Positions 22,432 through 31,731 of a stretch of 64,000 nucleotides of DNA are shown here, piece after piece. How positions within the stretch are numbered: position 1 is the first letter of the stretch; each line of letters starts with the position of its first letter. The position numbers and the translations under genes are program-made. The stretch is from Bacteriovoracia bacterium. GTDB taxonomy: Bacteria > Bdellovibrionota > UBA1018 > JBFWNL01. The notes under the pieces are model-generated. The model worked only from the letters and a program-made list of their open reading frames with translations, was not told where the DNA came from and did not search any database. The DNA is taken from positions 523,825 to 587,824 of the forward strand of contig JBFWNL010000001.1 in the NCBI GenBank assembly GCA_050251055.1, in the 5' to 3' direction.

Positions 22432-24164
22432 ATGAAAGGATTGTACTTCATTACCGCCGAGGATTGCGTGGAGAACATCACGCCGTCGCCGTTCGTCGTC
22501 CCGGATTCGTAATTCTTGCCGGTGTACCACATCATATGGTTGAACTGGCACTCCTCTACGAGTGGGCAAAGGGTCACCCCACCCACGGGATTCGAGTCGT
22601 AATTCGAGCAATAAGTCGTGTTCTGGCCGCAGGTAAAACCGGTCGAAGCCTGCTGGCTGCTCGAAAGGCACATATTGTGGCTAAGATTAACCGAACTCGA
22701 CGCATTGTGCACGACGGGGGTATCCGGAATGTGATCCTGCCCGGAGAGCGCACTAGTCGAAACCCCTTCCGAAGGATGGTTCAAACCCAGATAGTGGCCA
22801 ATCTCGTGCGAGATGGTGGCGCCCATATCACGGAAGTCGTTGGTCTGGCTCGTGACCGCGCAAGTGCCTGTGCCGTTACAGCTCGGGTTGGCGGTGGCGA
22901 GCTCATCGAAGCTCGAAAACGCAAGTCCACTGGCGCCCGTGCCATTGATCAGCGGACCGCGAATCGTGCCCGCTATGCCGAGAACGGTTCCCCCGCCGGT
23001 GCAGGTAGAGCATGGAAGGGTCGAGACCAAGAACACATTGAGCGCCTTGCCTTCCGTATCCGCCGGCACGACGGCGCTACCCGCCGCGAGCAACTTGCCC
23101 AAGTAGTTCACGTCCAGGTTGGCGTATTGATCGCCATGATCCGGTAGATCCCAATCGTAAGCGTTGATAGTGCCTAGTTTTACCCCAGGGCCCGGGGAGC
23201 TGGCATTGTAGTGGGCATAGACGTGATTGAAAAGTGCATTCAGGTTTTGCTGTCCCTTGGCGGTGGCGGCGTCAGCAATGTTCTTGCTGCCCACCATGAT
23301 GACATTCAAATCCACGGCGCGCGATCCGGTCCCGGAGTCTTTCTTCTTCACCACGGTGACTTCAATATCTGCGTAGTAAGTACCGGTGTTGAGCGAAATA
23401 TAACTATCGGCAATGACCACGTACTTGGCGGTATACGTGCCTTGCCGAAGCTTACCACCACTAAAGAACCCGCCGTGCGTTACCCCACCGTTGGCGCTGT
23501 TGTTCGAATTGAAATAGCATTTTTCGCGGGCGCCCACCGTCGCGTTCGTCCAGTTACAGTTGGGAAACGTGTTCGTGGAAATGCGGCCGGTGTCCGGCGC
23601 CTGGTGCTGAATCCACTGTTGGCGGCTAATGTAAGCGCTGGGCGCGGTAACGCTGCCACCCACCGAGTCGATAGTGGTAGTGCATCCGCTTTGATCGTAA
23701 CCACACGAGCTGCCCGAACAGGAGAAGTACCCCGCCGCCGCGCAGTCACTGCCGGTACCTGCACGGCGCGTGCTCACCAGATCGTCAGTGCCGTCACTCA
23801 ACGAAACTAGCATCGGCCATGCACTGCCGGAAAGATTAGAGGGGTAGTTCACCACCCGGGCCATGAGGGTGACCGAACCGTAAGTATCTAGGTCCGAACT
23901 CACGCTAAACGAAACGCTCACCTCGCGATCGGCTCCCGCGGGTTGCGCCATGCCCGTGACCTTCGCCCGGCCGGTTAAGACCGTCTTTGTGATTTCGGTA
24001 GTCGTGCCGTGATTCGAAGCGCTCGCCCCCGTCACGTTGGGAACCCAACTGGAAGTCACAAGCGTATTGACGACAGAAGTTTTGGGCTCCTCGTCCTTCG
24101 AGCAGCCGCTCACGAGCAGCCCGAGCAAGAGGCTCGGCAGCAGTAGCGCAGAAGTCGATTTCAT
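22425..24164 (-). CDS. Lipoprotein zinc metalloprotease, metzincin (M43/pappalysin-ulilysin-like)
   Basis: Lipobox VSGC after MKSTSALLL; HEIGHYLGLNH = HExxHxxGxxH; D.IPDTP; Met-turn NHMMWY. Confidence 0.85.
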   Translation of the reverse strand: MKSTSALLLPSLLLGLLVSGCSKDEEPKTSVVNTLVTSSWVPNVTGASASNHGTTTEITKTVLTGRAKVTGMAQPAGADREVSVSFSVSSDLDTYGSVTLMARVVNYPSNLSGSAWPMLVSLSDGTDDLVSTRRAGTGSDCAAAGYFSCSGSSCGYDQSGCTTTIDSVGGSVTAPSAYISRQQWIQHQAPDTGRISTNTFPNCNWTNATVGAREKCYFNSNNSANGGVTHGGFFSGGKLRQGTYTAKYVVIADSYISLNTGTYYADIEVTVVKKKDSGTGSRAVDLNVIMVGSKNIADAATAKGQQNLNALFNHVYAHYNASSPGPGVKLGTINAYDWDLPDHGDQYANLDVNYLGKLLAAGSAVVPADTEGKALNVFLVSTLPCSTCTGGGTVLGIAGTIRGPLINGTGASGLAFSSFDELATANPSCNGTGTCAVTSQTNDFRDMGATISHEIGHYLGLNHPSEGVSTSALSGQDHIPDTPVVHNASSSVNLSHNMCLSSSQQASTGFTCGQNTTYCSNYDSNPVGGVTLCPLVEECQFNHMMWYTGKNYESGTTNGDGVMFSTQSSAVMKYNPFIW

Positions 24165-24506
24165 CCGATCCAACACGCGTGAACCTTCCTTTGGAAAAGC
24201 ACCTTTAATACTCATCGGTACGGCGTCTCTAAGCTTCACATTGCGCAGAGTCATTTTTTCACTAACGCTCAACGTTAACTCCGCAATTTCGTAGTTATAA
24301 TCCTTATTTTAGAGGGTTTTATGACGCTTCGCAACGTGTCAACCCGTCCCGCTTGATTCACGCATGGAAACTACGCCTTAGAAAACTGTGTCCGAGCGGA
24401 CTCATCCCTACGGGACACACGGGCTGGGCTTTGACAGTGCTCAAGAGCTGGTCAGCATAAAAATGAAAAGGACAAAAGCCTGAGTTTAAAGCGAGCGCGC
24501 CGAGGC

Positions 24507-24522
24507 AGGTACCGCTCTTGCA
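24507..24522 (+). promoter_or_regulatory. Candidate sigma54 (-24/-12) promoter
   Basis: AGGTACCGCTCTTGCA with GG-N10-GC spacing and TTGC, about 40 bp upstream of the ATG at 24562. Confidence 0.45.
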
Positions 24523-24561
24523 GCCTCTAGAATTACGTTCGGGGCATTAAGGCAAGGGTAC

Positions 24562-25266
24562 ATGGGCCAGTTAAAACGATGCTTCGGTGGCGCGCTCGTC
24601 GCTGCCTGGATTGCCGCCGGCGTGTCCGGCGTCGCTCACGCGAAAAACGCTCGTGCGAGTCAACCTACCGTGAAGACGGCGAAAGCCGCTTCGCTTAAGC
24701 CAAAGAAGAAACTGAAACCCGTGAAAGCGGTGGCGAGCGCGTCACTAAAATCAAAGGCGGCGGGTAAACCTTTAAAGAAGGCCGCAACAAATAAGAAACA
24801 CGCGTCGACCCGAGTCACGCGACGAAAACCGGTCAAGCCAGACCCTTCCGCTAACGTGATCGCCCAGGCGATCGCCACGAGCGAAGCGCCTCCCGGAAAA
24901 TTTCATCCGTTCATCCGAACGGCGCCGCGTATGGAGACTCTCCCGGCTTCGCACCTGTTGAAGACGGCGAAGAAGGGGACGCCTCCCCCGCCCCGGCGGC
25001 CGAAGCTCGAAGCCAATCCTTGGATGCGGGACTTTTTTGAAAACGCGGGCGTCTCCGCCAAGGGCGATCCAGATCTACAGACGCTCTCCGGCGATCAGGC
25101 GGAGCCACCCACACCCGGGACCTCGGATCCCACGCTCAATCTCGACGCCACGGATACCACTCAGCACGAAGCACCGGATGCCGATCCGACTACAGCGTCG
25201 CGGGCGCCGGCCGCCGTGGCAGAACCCATTTACGACGAAGAAAGCTTCATCATTCGCGGCCAATAG
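24562..25266 (+). CDS. Exported hypothetical protein, Lys-rich N-half and acidic/Pro-rich C-half
   Basis: Signal peptide (AHA-K); low-complexity KKK/AK region. Confidence 0.65.
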   Translation: MGQLKRCFGGALVAAWIAAGVSGVAHAKNARASQPTVKTAKAASLKPKKKLKPVKAVASASLKSKAAGKPLKKAATNKKHASTRVTRRKPVKPDPSANVIAQAIATSEAPPGKFHPFIRTAPRMETLPASHLLKTAKKGTPPPPRRPKLEANPWMRDFFENAGVSAKGDPDLQTLSGDQAEPPTPGTSDPTLNLDATDTTQHEAPDADPTTASRAPAAVAEPIYDEESFIIRGQ

Positions 25267-25627
25267 CGGCACGTTTTCGCGGATGGGGCTTGCGCTCTAG
25301 CGGAACTTTTCGCTCCTCACTCGAGGGACTCCGCCGCTCATCGGCCTCATCCGGTTCGTACTCCCCCTCGCACCGATGGTAGTCAACGACCACGGCATGC
25401 GCGCAGGCGCTATGATTTTGGATCGCACGATCGGAAAGCCCGGGCCAAAAACAGTGCCCACCTTCATCCGGGTCGTCAGGATCGGACGTCCAATCACCGC
25501 CCGTATCCACGCAGCATCTAAAGTAGCCCTTTAGGAGTTGGCCACGGCACCCCGGGCTCGCAATCGACACCGAATCCGCCCACGTCGCCACCAAAAGCAA
25601 TACCAAGCCGAACTGAATCGCGCTCAA
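25250..25627 (-). CDS. Small secreted six-Cys protein (paralog of 27306..27689)
   Basis: TTG start overlapping the pilin stop (TTGA); hydrophobic leader; C-x10-CC-x3-GG...DEGGHC-x15-C-x10-C. Confidence 0.7.
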   Translation of the reverse strand: MSAIQFGLVLLLVATWADSVSIASPGCRGQLLKGYFRCCVDTGGDWTSDPDDPDEGGHCFWPGLSDRAIQNHSACAHAVVVDYHRCEGEYEPDEADERRSPSSEERKVPLERKPHPRKRAAIGRE

Positions 25628-26739
25628 TCGGCGAACCCCGCCAGAGTCACGCGCATGCTGCCCCACCCGCCGGTGGTGAAGCCGGACCAGTAGACATTTT
25701 TATCCGGGGTCGACTGATCGATCGGCACACGAATCTCCGCCGACATCGAAGCCGCGAACGCGCCATCATCCCCACGGTTGTAAGCCACGACGTTACGCAG
25801 CTTTTTCCAACGCTGCGGCCGCACCACCGCATTGGAATCCGAGAAAACCGCGATGGAAAACCGCGGTTTGCCAGGGCCACACCCGCCCGGGTTGCCGTTC
25901 GCCATCTCGACGTAAACGTTCAGAATCGCCGTCTTTGCATTGCGCCCGGGAAAGTGAGTCGCCTGCAGGGTCGCGGTCGGAATCGCTTGCCACGCGGGAG
26001 GCGCCGTATACCCCGGATCACCCGGCATCGGCGTCTCCCAAAGCGGCGGGAACTGGCAGTCGTGCGGGACGAATCCCCAACTCGGCAATGAAGTAGGTGG
26101 AGAAGTCTCGGGCCCGATCTCCACTAAGAGCGGCAGTAACGCCCCCTTGATCAACTCTTCAGAATGCACGAGCACGCTTGCGGTCCCGCCCGAAAAATTT
26201 GGATTCGTGGAGCATGAAGTAAGCACCCCTTCCGCGTCGGTATCTAATGAAAGAGGAACCGAGAGCGAGACCGGTGATAATCCAGGCCGGGCGGCGCTTA
26301 AATTCAGACTCGCCACGTAACGGGTACCGCCGGGATTGCTCGAGGGTGGGAGATTACGCAAGTTTCGATCCAGCTCCGTCAGGACGACCGAGAAGTTCGC
26401 AGTCGATGGTACCGACTGTCCGCCCACTAAAATATGGTGAAAGTTCGTGCGAAACCCGCGTCCCACTTCCACCCGCACGACCTCGCTACTACCTGCGGGC
26501 ACACGCATACCTGCATCGTCCGGTGGCGTGTACCCTATGAGCGCACGCGCGCAGTAGGCGGGGTCGTTCAAAGCCATGCGCACGAGGTTAGCGGTGTCTT
26601 GCAAACCTTGCCCGACCCACGCCGCATGCGAGAGCTTTTGGCTGTTGAGCTGGCCCGTGGACAGCGCATAGAGACCAATGATTCCGAGCGACATTCCGAG
26701 TAGAATTTCGATCAGCGTGAATCCCCGATTGTTCTTCAT
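25624..26739 (-). CDS. Prepilin-type N-terminal methylation domain protein (large minor pilin/pseudopilin)
   Basis: Class III signal MKNNRG/FTLIE followed by a hydrophobic helix. Confidence 0.88.
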   Translation of the reverse strand: MKNNRGFTLIEILLGMSLGIIGLYALSTGQLNSQKLSHAAWVGQGLQDTANLVRMALNDPAYCARALIGYTPPDDAGMRVPAGSSEVVRVEVGRGFRTNFHHILVGGQSVPSTANFSVVLTELDRNLRNLPPSSNPGGTRYVASLNLSAARPGLSPVSLSVPLSLDTDAEGVLTSCSTNPNFSGGTASVLVHSEELIKGALLPLLVEIGPETSPPTSLPSWGFVPHDCQFPPLWETPMPGDPGYTAPPAWQAIPTATLQATHFPGRNAKTAILNVYVEMANGNPGGCGPGKPRFSIAVFSDSNAVVRPQRWKKLRNVVAYNRGDDGAFAASMSAEIRVPIDQSTPDKNVYWSGFTTGGWGSMRVTLAGFAD

Positions 26740-26839
26740 ACTACCACCCCAATACGATCGCGAAGCTCAACGAAACCGTGAAAAACCGAGCGATCATTTT
26801 CCTCTATTCGCCGGCCCGATCTCCACTGACCGCGGAAGC

Positions 26840-27196
26840 TCATCCCAGGTAGATCTTCCGGCAAAGTCGACGAAACTCGTGATAACCCTTGACGCATTCT
26901 TCCGCGTCGACCGCTCCTCCCCGTAAACACCCCGTCAGTGCTGGCACCAGGCTCTGATAACAACCCGCCAGTCCTGGATTGATCCGATTGGGGTTCGGCA
27001 CATCGGAACGTTCTTCTTGCGGCAGCTCCGGGTAATCCCCCAGAAAACTCGGCAAATATCTAGGCACCACAACCTCAGCGAGAGTAGCGTCCGCCCCGTG
27101 AGCTAGATACGAACGACCCTGCATAATACCCTCAACGCCCAACAGATGAACCCCCAAGACCAAACCCACACTCACCCCAAACCGCTTGAACTTCAT
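26840..27196 (-). CDS. Small secreted Cys-rich protein
   Basis: Basic-hydrophobic leader; C-x10-C-x10-C-x10-C at the C-terminus; SD GGAG. Confidence 0.7.
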   Translation of the reverse strand: MKFKRFGVSVGLVLGVHLLGVEGIMQGRSYLAHGADATLAEVVVPRYLPSFLGDYPELPQEERSDVPNPNRINPGLAGCYQSLVPALTGCLRGGAVDAEECVKGYHEFRRLCRKIYLG

Positions 27197-27242
27197 TACT
27201 CCGTCCCTTTCGCTTAAAGAAAATTCAACTCATTTGAAATAA

Positions 27243-27281
27243 GGCCGGCGGCGGAATAACGTGCGAGGGACGCCGCCGGCC
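27243..27281. repeat. GC-rich inverted repeat (leader hairpin, copy 1)
   Basis: GGCCGGCGGCG...CGCCGCCGGCC, perfect 11-bp stem. Confidence 0.8.
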
Positions 27282-27305
27282 ACGGACTCAGCCCGTTTTC
27301 AAAAA

Positions 27306-27689
27306 TCACTCAGCATCATAAATTTCAATTTCGTTCTCTCCAGACTTCATTTGAATAGCGCCGTCGTGAGGAACTACGATCGGAAGATCGTCAGAGGGTT
27401 CGTACCAAGTGCGACCGTTCCCGCGGCATTCGATGAGCGCACGCTTAGCTCGGGCGATGCACTCTCTTTCGCCATCTTGACGATCACGCGGGATCGAACC
27501 CCGCAAACACCTGCCCTCCTCATCCACTTTTCCACCCGACCCGAGGCAACAGTTCTGCACCTTGACCGAGTACTGATCGTTGCAACTTGGAATGAGGTGC
27601 ACCCCGGAAGCTTCCGCCCCGCCGGAACCAGCGTGAATTCCGACGACCACACAAACCATAAGTACTACTTTTAATTGATTGAGTTTCAT
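27306..27689 (-). CDS. Small secreted six-Cys protein (paralog of 25250..25627)
   Basis: Signal peptide (AEA-S); C-x10-CC-x3-GG..DEEGRC-x15-C-x10-C; SD GAGGGG. Confidence 0.75.
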   Translation of the reverse strand: MKLNQLKVVLMVCVVVGIHAGSGGAEASGVHLIPSCNDQYSVKVQNCCLGSGGKVDEEGRCLRGSIPRDRQDGERECIARAKRALIECRGNGRTWYEPSDDLPIVVPHDGAIQMKSGENEIEIYDAE

Positions 27690-27710
27690 AACTATCCCCT
27701 CTATTCGTTA

Positions 27711-28133
27711 CTAGTTATTGACCGCACGAAAAGCGGCTCCGCAGCCCTTCAAGCATTCGTTAAAGCCCTTGGTCGCAACCTTGTGACAACGCTCCCTGGC
27801 CTGCGCGTTCGTGGCTCGTTCACAAAGATCGTCACTGAGCCAAAAATTATAGGCACAGCAGTCGACGCAAGTTTGGTGTTGTGCGAGATATTGCTCTGGA
27901 TCCTGGGGCCACGAAGGCGCCACGCACTTCATAGGTACGCCGGGCGGAGGCGAGTCGATCGCGGGAATCTCCCGCTGTCCGTATACTCCTCCGCTCGCTT
28001 GCAGCGCAGGAGCCCCGCCCTCATCGAGATCCGCGTGATCAAACTCAAATGCTTTTGCCGAAGGCATCACCGCCAACACGGTCAAAAGCGACAACCACCC
28101 TATTCCGATTCTATCGATCTTTCCGTCCTTCAT
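27711..28133 (-). CDS. Small secreted eight-Cys protein
   Basis: Start MKDGK with SD GAGGGGG; signal peptide (AKA-F); C...CxxCC-x10-C-x11-C-x10-C-x3-C. Confidence 0.75.
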   Translation of the reverse strand: MKDGKIDRIGIGWLSLLTVLAVMPSAKAFEFDHADLDEGGAPALQASGGVYGQREIPAIDSPPPGVPMKCVAPSWPQDPEQYLAQHQTCVDCCAYNFWLSDDLCERATNAQARERCHKVATKGFNECLKGCGAAFRAVNN

Positions 28134-28173
28134 TTTCGATCCCCCTCTTCGTTCAAAAATCAAAAAATAAGCA

Positions 28174-28230
28174 CGGTCGGCGGCAAATGGGTTTTTGGGA
28201 TTTGGGCCACATGGTTTCCGCCGCCGACCG
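28174..28230. repeat. GC-rich inverted repeat (leader hairpin, copy 2), terminator-like on the minus strand
   Basis: CGGTCGGCGGC...GCCGCCGACCG 11-bp stem; followed on the minus strand by TGCTTATTTTTTGATTTTT. Confidence 0.75.
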
Positions 28231-28391
28231 TTCACTGGGTAAAACTTCTTTTGAATCCCTCGTTCGTCCGTGAATCCAGCTTACTAATTCGGTGCGTCAT
28301 AGTCAAATATTTTTTTATATTTGTATTCGTTTTAAATTTATTTTTAAAAATTATCTTTAATATTCATATAATTAATTCCGATATAGACTAT

Positions 28392-28423
28392 TGAATACAT
28401 ATAAAATAAAATTTTTGTATTCA
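28392..28423. promoter_or_regulatory. Candidate operator: TGAATACA-N16-TGTATTCA inverted repeat
   Basis: Perfect 8-bp half-sites in an AT-rich divergent promoter; an extra TGTATTC half-site at 28322-28328. Confidence 0.5.
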
Positions 28424-28426
28424 CTT

Positions 28427-29284
28427 ATGGCATTGCTCAAGCCGGATGTGCATCATTACAACGACCCGCTGAAGTTTCTACGGGACTGGTTCGCCTATCA
28501 GAAGGATTTGAACCCTGAGTTCTCCCTCCGCGCCTTTTCTAAGTCGGCGAGGCTTTCGGTAGGGTTCCTCCCCATCATTCTCAACGGCAAGCGCACGCTC
28601 ACGGAACGCGCGCTGGAACGCATTCTCCCCCCGATGGACCTTACCCTGGCGGAGGCGAACTTCCTGCGCTCGCTGCGGAAGCTCGCGCATTCACGCGACC
28701 GCGGCGAGCGGCGTACCGGCTTCCAATCCCTGCAGAAATATCAAATCTATCGCCGCCTCAACCCGAAGGAATTCGAAGTCTACCGCTACCTGAGCCGGTG
28801 GTTCTACGTCGTCATCCGCGAAATGGCGGATATGAGCCATTTTCAGCTGGATGCGGAATGGATTCGCGAACACCTCACCTACCCGGTGCCACTGACCGAA
28901 ATCCAAAAGGCTATTCGATTTCTCGTCGAGCATGGTTTTATCGAGCCCGCCTCCGGCGGCGCCCAGCCCGCCGCCAAGAAGGACAAACACATCACCTGTA
29001 ATGATGCGGTCTACCGCGTGGCAATGGCGGCGTACCACCAGTCCATGCTGAAGCTCGTCGCCGACTCGGTCGAAACCGTTGAGCGCGAACGCCGTCACAT
29101 CATGGGGATCACCGTCGGCATGGATGAGGCCACCTTTACCGAGGTGAAGGCGCTGATCGAATCGACGGTGGCCCGCATCCGTGAACTCACCGAAAAAGTC
29201 ACCCCTCGCCAAGCGGTGTACTATGTAACCCTCGCCGCCGTGCCGATGGCCGAACAAATCCAAGACCCCGAAAAAGCATCTTAA
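28427..29284 (+). CDS. TIGR02147 / DUF4423 family putative transcriptional regulator
   Basis: FL.D.F..K..NP.FSLRAFS...LS.G.L..IL.GKR.LT HTH, WFYVVIRE, YHQSML, R..MGIT, VYYV. Confidence 0.88.
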   Translation: MALLKPDVHHYNDPLKFLRDWFAYQKDLNPEFSLRAFSKSARLSVGFLPIILNGKRTLTERALERILPPMDLTLAEANFLRSLRKLAHSRDRGERRTGFQSLQKYQIYRRLNPKEFEVYRYLSRWFYVVIREMADMSHFQLDAEWIREHLTYPVPLTEIQKAIRFLVEHGFIEPASGGAQPAAKKDKHITCNDAVYRVAMAAYHQSMLKLVADSVETVERERRHIMGITVGMDEATFTEVKALIESTVARIRELTEKVTPRQAVYYVTLAAVPMAEQIQDPEKAS

Positions 29285-29383
29285 GTGCTTGTAATATTTT
29301 AGCTATTATTATGACGCAGCTTAACAATTTCGCGCTTATTTCACTCTATAATGTAAGGGAAGCTTTGTTGCTAGGGGGCCTAT

Positions 29384-30268
29384 TTGAAGTTCGGGCAATT
29401 CTACGCGCTGACCGCTATCCTGCCGATCTTGGCGGGTTGCGCTCAGCAATCCATTTCCTCGTCATCTTCGCCGGGCACGTCCACGACGGTGGGCAATCCC
29501 ATCACGCAATCCGCCGCACTCGCAATCGAAACCACCCTTTCCGGAGACCGCTGGAATCACCTCGCCGCTTGCGTGACGGGAGTGGAACTCATCCGCGGTT
29601 ACGGCGAATTAGGCACGAACCCCGGCACTTTCGATGGCCACGCTCACAACGGCACCGCCCCCTTGACGGAGCTCGACGCGCAATGGATCAGCACGGAGAA
29701 AGACCTCATCCTCTCTCCGGAAGTACAGATTCCCGCGGGTAACTACGAAGGCATTATTTTGCAAACCCAGCCCAATTGTGGCGCACCCGCGCAAGCGAGC
29801 GGCTATGCCTACAATGCACGCGCGGAGATTTACTCCACGAGCGCGAATCCAAACCGGCTCTGGTTTTTCGGGGCGTTTCACGTGGCCAGCAGCGGGATTG
29901 AATCGCCGTCCGTCGGCGGCGAGGCGCGGCCTCCCGCGATTCACCCCAATATTGCTGGTTTCGCGCAATTCCTGGGGCCCGACTTAGGCGAATCGGAGAT
30001 TTCCGCCGAGCCGCCAGCGGAGCGCGGCGACCGGGTCGCCAAAACGACCTACAAGCTCATCCTGAATCTGGATCGATTCCGCGCACGCTTGCCCGCGGAT
30101 AACGAAAATCCATCCGCCGTGGATGCCGCGCTCAACGGCACTTCGGGGGTCATGAGGGTGGAGTCGGTGACCCTGGAGCGAATCACCCCATCGGTCAGCG
30201 GCGAGCCTCCTACCGGCATCCGACCGGAGCTGCACTCGCTCGGACCGGCGCGCCCACGGCCGCGCTAG
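29384..30268 (+). CDS. Hypothetical lipoprotein
   Basis: Lipobox LAGC, Ser-rich linker, then TTVGNP. Confidence 0.75.
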   Translation: MKFGQFYALTAILPILAGCAQQSISSSSSPGTSTTVGNPITQSAALAIETTLSGDRWNHLAACVTGVELIRGYGELGTNPGTFDGHAHNGTAPLTELDAQWISTEKDLILSPEVQIPAGNYEGIILQTQPNCGAPAQASGYAYNARAEIYSTSANPNRLWFFGAFHVASSGIESPSVGGEARPPAIHPNIAGFAQFLGPDLGESEISAEPPAERGDRVAKTTYKLILNLDRFRARLPADNENPSAVDAALNGTSGVMRVESVTLERITPSVSGEPPTGIRPELHSLGPARPRPR

Positions 30269-30327
30269 TTAAATCCGCTACTCGATCGCGTAAATCAAAT
30301 TTGAAAATAGCCGGATTGCTTGCGCGG

Positions 30328-30996
30328 CTAAACGCGCATTTCCGGCACGGCCGCGGCGCCACCCGCCGGCAGAGCCAGCTTCGCTTCCGTCGCGCGCGTG
30401 ATCTCGTCCACCGAGACGCCGGGAGCCCGCTCCAGGAGCTTCAAGCCATCCGGGGTGACTTCCATCACCGCGAGCTCGGTCACGATCTTCTTCACGACGC
30501 CCTTCCCGGTGAGTGGAAGTTTACACGCCTTCAATACCTTGCTCTGGCCGTCTTTCGACACGTGCTGCATGGCCACGATCACGTTTTTGGCGCCGGCGAC
30601 CAGGTCCATCGCCCCGCCCATTCCTTTCAAGAGCTTGCCCGGAATCATCCAGTTGGCGAGATCGCCTTTCTCATCCACTTCCATCGCCCCCAACACCGTG
30701 AGATCGATATGGCCGCCGCGGATCATGGCGAAGGAGTCGGCGCTCGAGAAGAACGAGGCGCCCGGAATGGCGGTCACGGTTTCCTTGCCCGCGTTAATCA
30801 GGTCGGCGTCGATCGTCGCCTCCGTCGGATAAGGCCCAATGCCCAGCAAACCGTTCTCGCTTTGCAGAATCACCGTCATGTCCTTGGGAATGTAGTTCGC
30901 GACCAACGTCGGTATGCCGATACCCAGGTTGACGTAGTATCCATCCTCTAGCTCCTGGGCAATTCTTTGGGCGATCTGTTCACGGGTGAGTGCCAT
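30328..30996 (-). CDS. scoB: 3-oxoacid CoA-transferase subunit B
   Basis: [23 protein letters not shown]. Confidence 0.95.
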   Translation of the reverse strand: MALTREQIAQRIAQELEDGYYVNLGIGIPTLVANYIPKDMTVILQSENGLLGIGPYPTEATIDADLINAGKETVTAIPGASFFSSADSFAMIRGGHIDLTVLGAMEVDEKGDLANWMIPGKLLKGMGGAMDLVAGAKNVIVAMQHVSKDGQSKVLKACKLPLTGKGVVKKIVTELAVMEVTPDGLKLLERAPGVSVDEITRATEAKLALPAGGAAAVPEMRV

Positions 30997-31014
30997 GATT
31001 TCGTCTTCCCTCTC

Positions 31015-31716
31015 TTAGGCCTTACTTAAAGTACGTTTTTCAATTTTCTTGTCGTACGCAGGACCTTGGAAAATCCGCTTCACGTAAACCCCCGGCGTGT
31101 GCACCTGATCGGGTTCAAGCGAACCCACCGGCACGATCTCCTCCACTTCGGCGATCGTGATCTTGCCTGCCGTGGCGGCCATGGGGTTGAAGTTACGCGC
31201 GGTCTTGCGAAAAACCAGATTTCCCATGGCGTCCCCGCGCCACGCCTTCACCAGCGCGAAGTCTGGGCGGAGCGAGCGCTCCAGCACGTATATGCGACCG
31301 TCGAAAGCCTTCGTTTCCTTACCTTCGGCGACGAGCGTGCCGTACCCCGTGGGCGTGTAGAACGCCGGTATCCCCGCGCCGCCGGCGCGCAAGCGTTCCG
31401 CTAGCGTACCCTGGGGCGTGAGTTCCACTTCCAAGATGCCCGCTAAAACCTGGGCCTCGAAAGTTTTGTTTTCGCCCACGTAGCTCGAAATCATCTTCTT
31501 GATCTGACGGCTGTGGAGCATCCAACCCAGGCCGAAATCGTCGGTTCCGGCGTTGTTGGAGATACAGGTAAGGTCCTTCACGCCCTTCTTCACGAGCGCG
31601 CGGATGCAGTGTTCGGGCACGCCGCACATGCCGAAACCACCCACGGCAAGCATGGCCCCGTCGAACACGTCCTTCACCGCTTCATCCGCGTCTTTAACGA
31701 CTTTGTTCAAGCCCAT
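31015..31716 (-). CDS. scoA: 3-oxoacid CoA-transferase subunit A
   Basis: GGFGMCGVPE, PQGTLAERLRAGGAGIPAF, ARNFNP. Confidence 0.95.
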   Translation of the reverse strand: MGLNKVVKDADEAVKDVFDGAMLAVGGFGMCGVPEHCIRALVKKGVKDLTCISNNAGTDDFGLGWMLHSRQIKKMISSYVGENKTFEAQVLAGILEVELTPQGTLAERLRAGGAGIPAFYTPTGYGTLVAEGKETKAFDGRIYVLERSLRPDFALVKAWRGDAMGNLVFRKTARNFNPMAATAGKITIAEVEEIVPVGSLEPDQVHTPGVYVKRIFQGPAYDKKIEKRTLSKA

Positions 31717-31731
31717 GGGCCGTCTCCTTCT

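Noticed and set aside
25250-30268. Accessory island as a mobile element or integron array
   Set aside because: No integrase, transposase, tRNA or flanking direct repeats seen; the hairpins lack attC RYYYAAC/GTTRRRY ends
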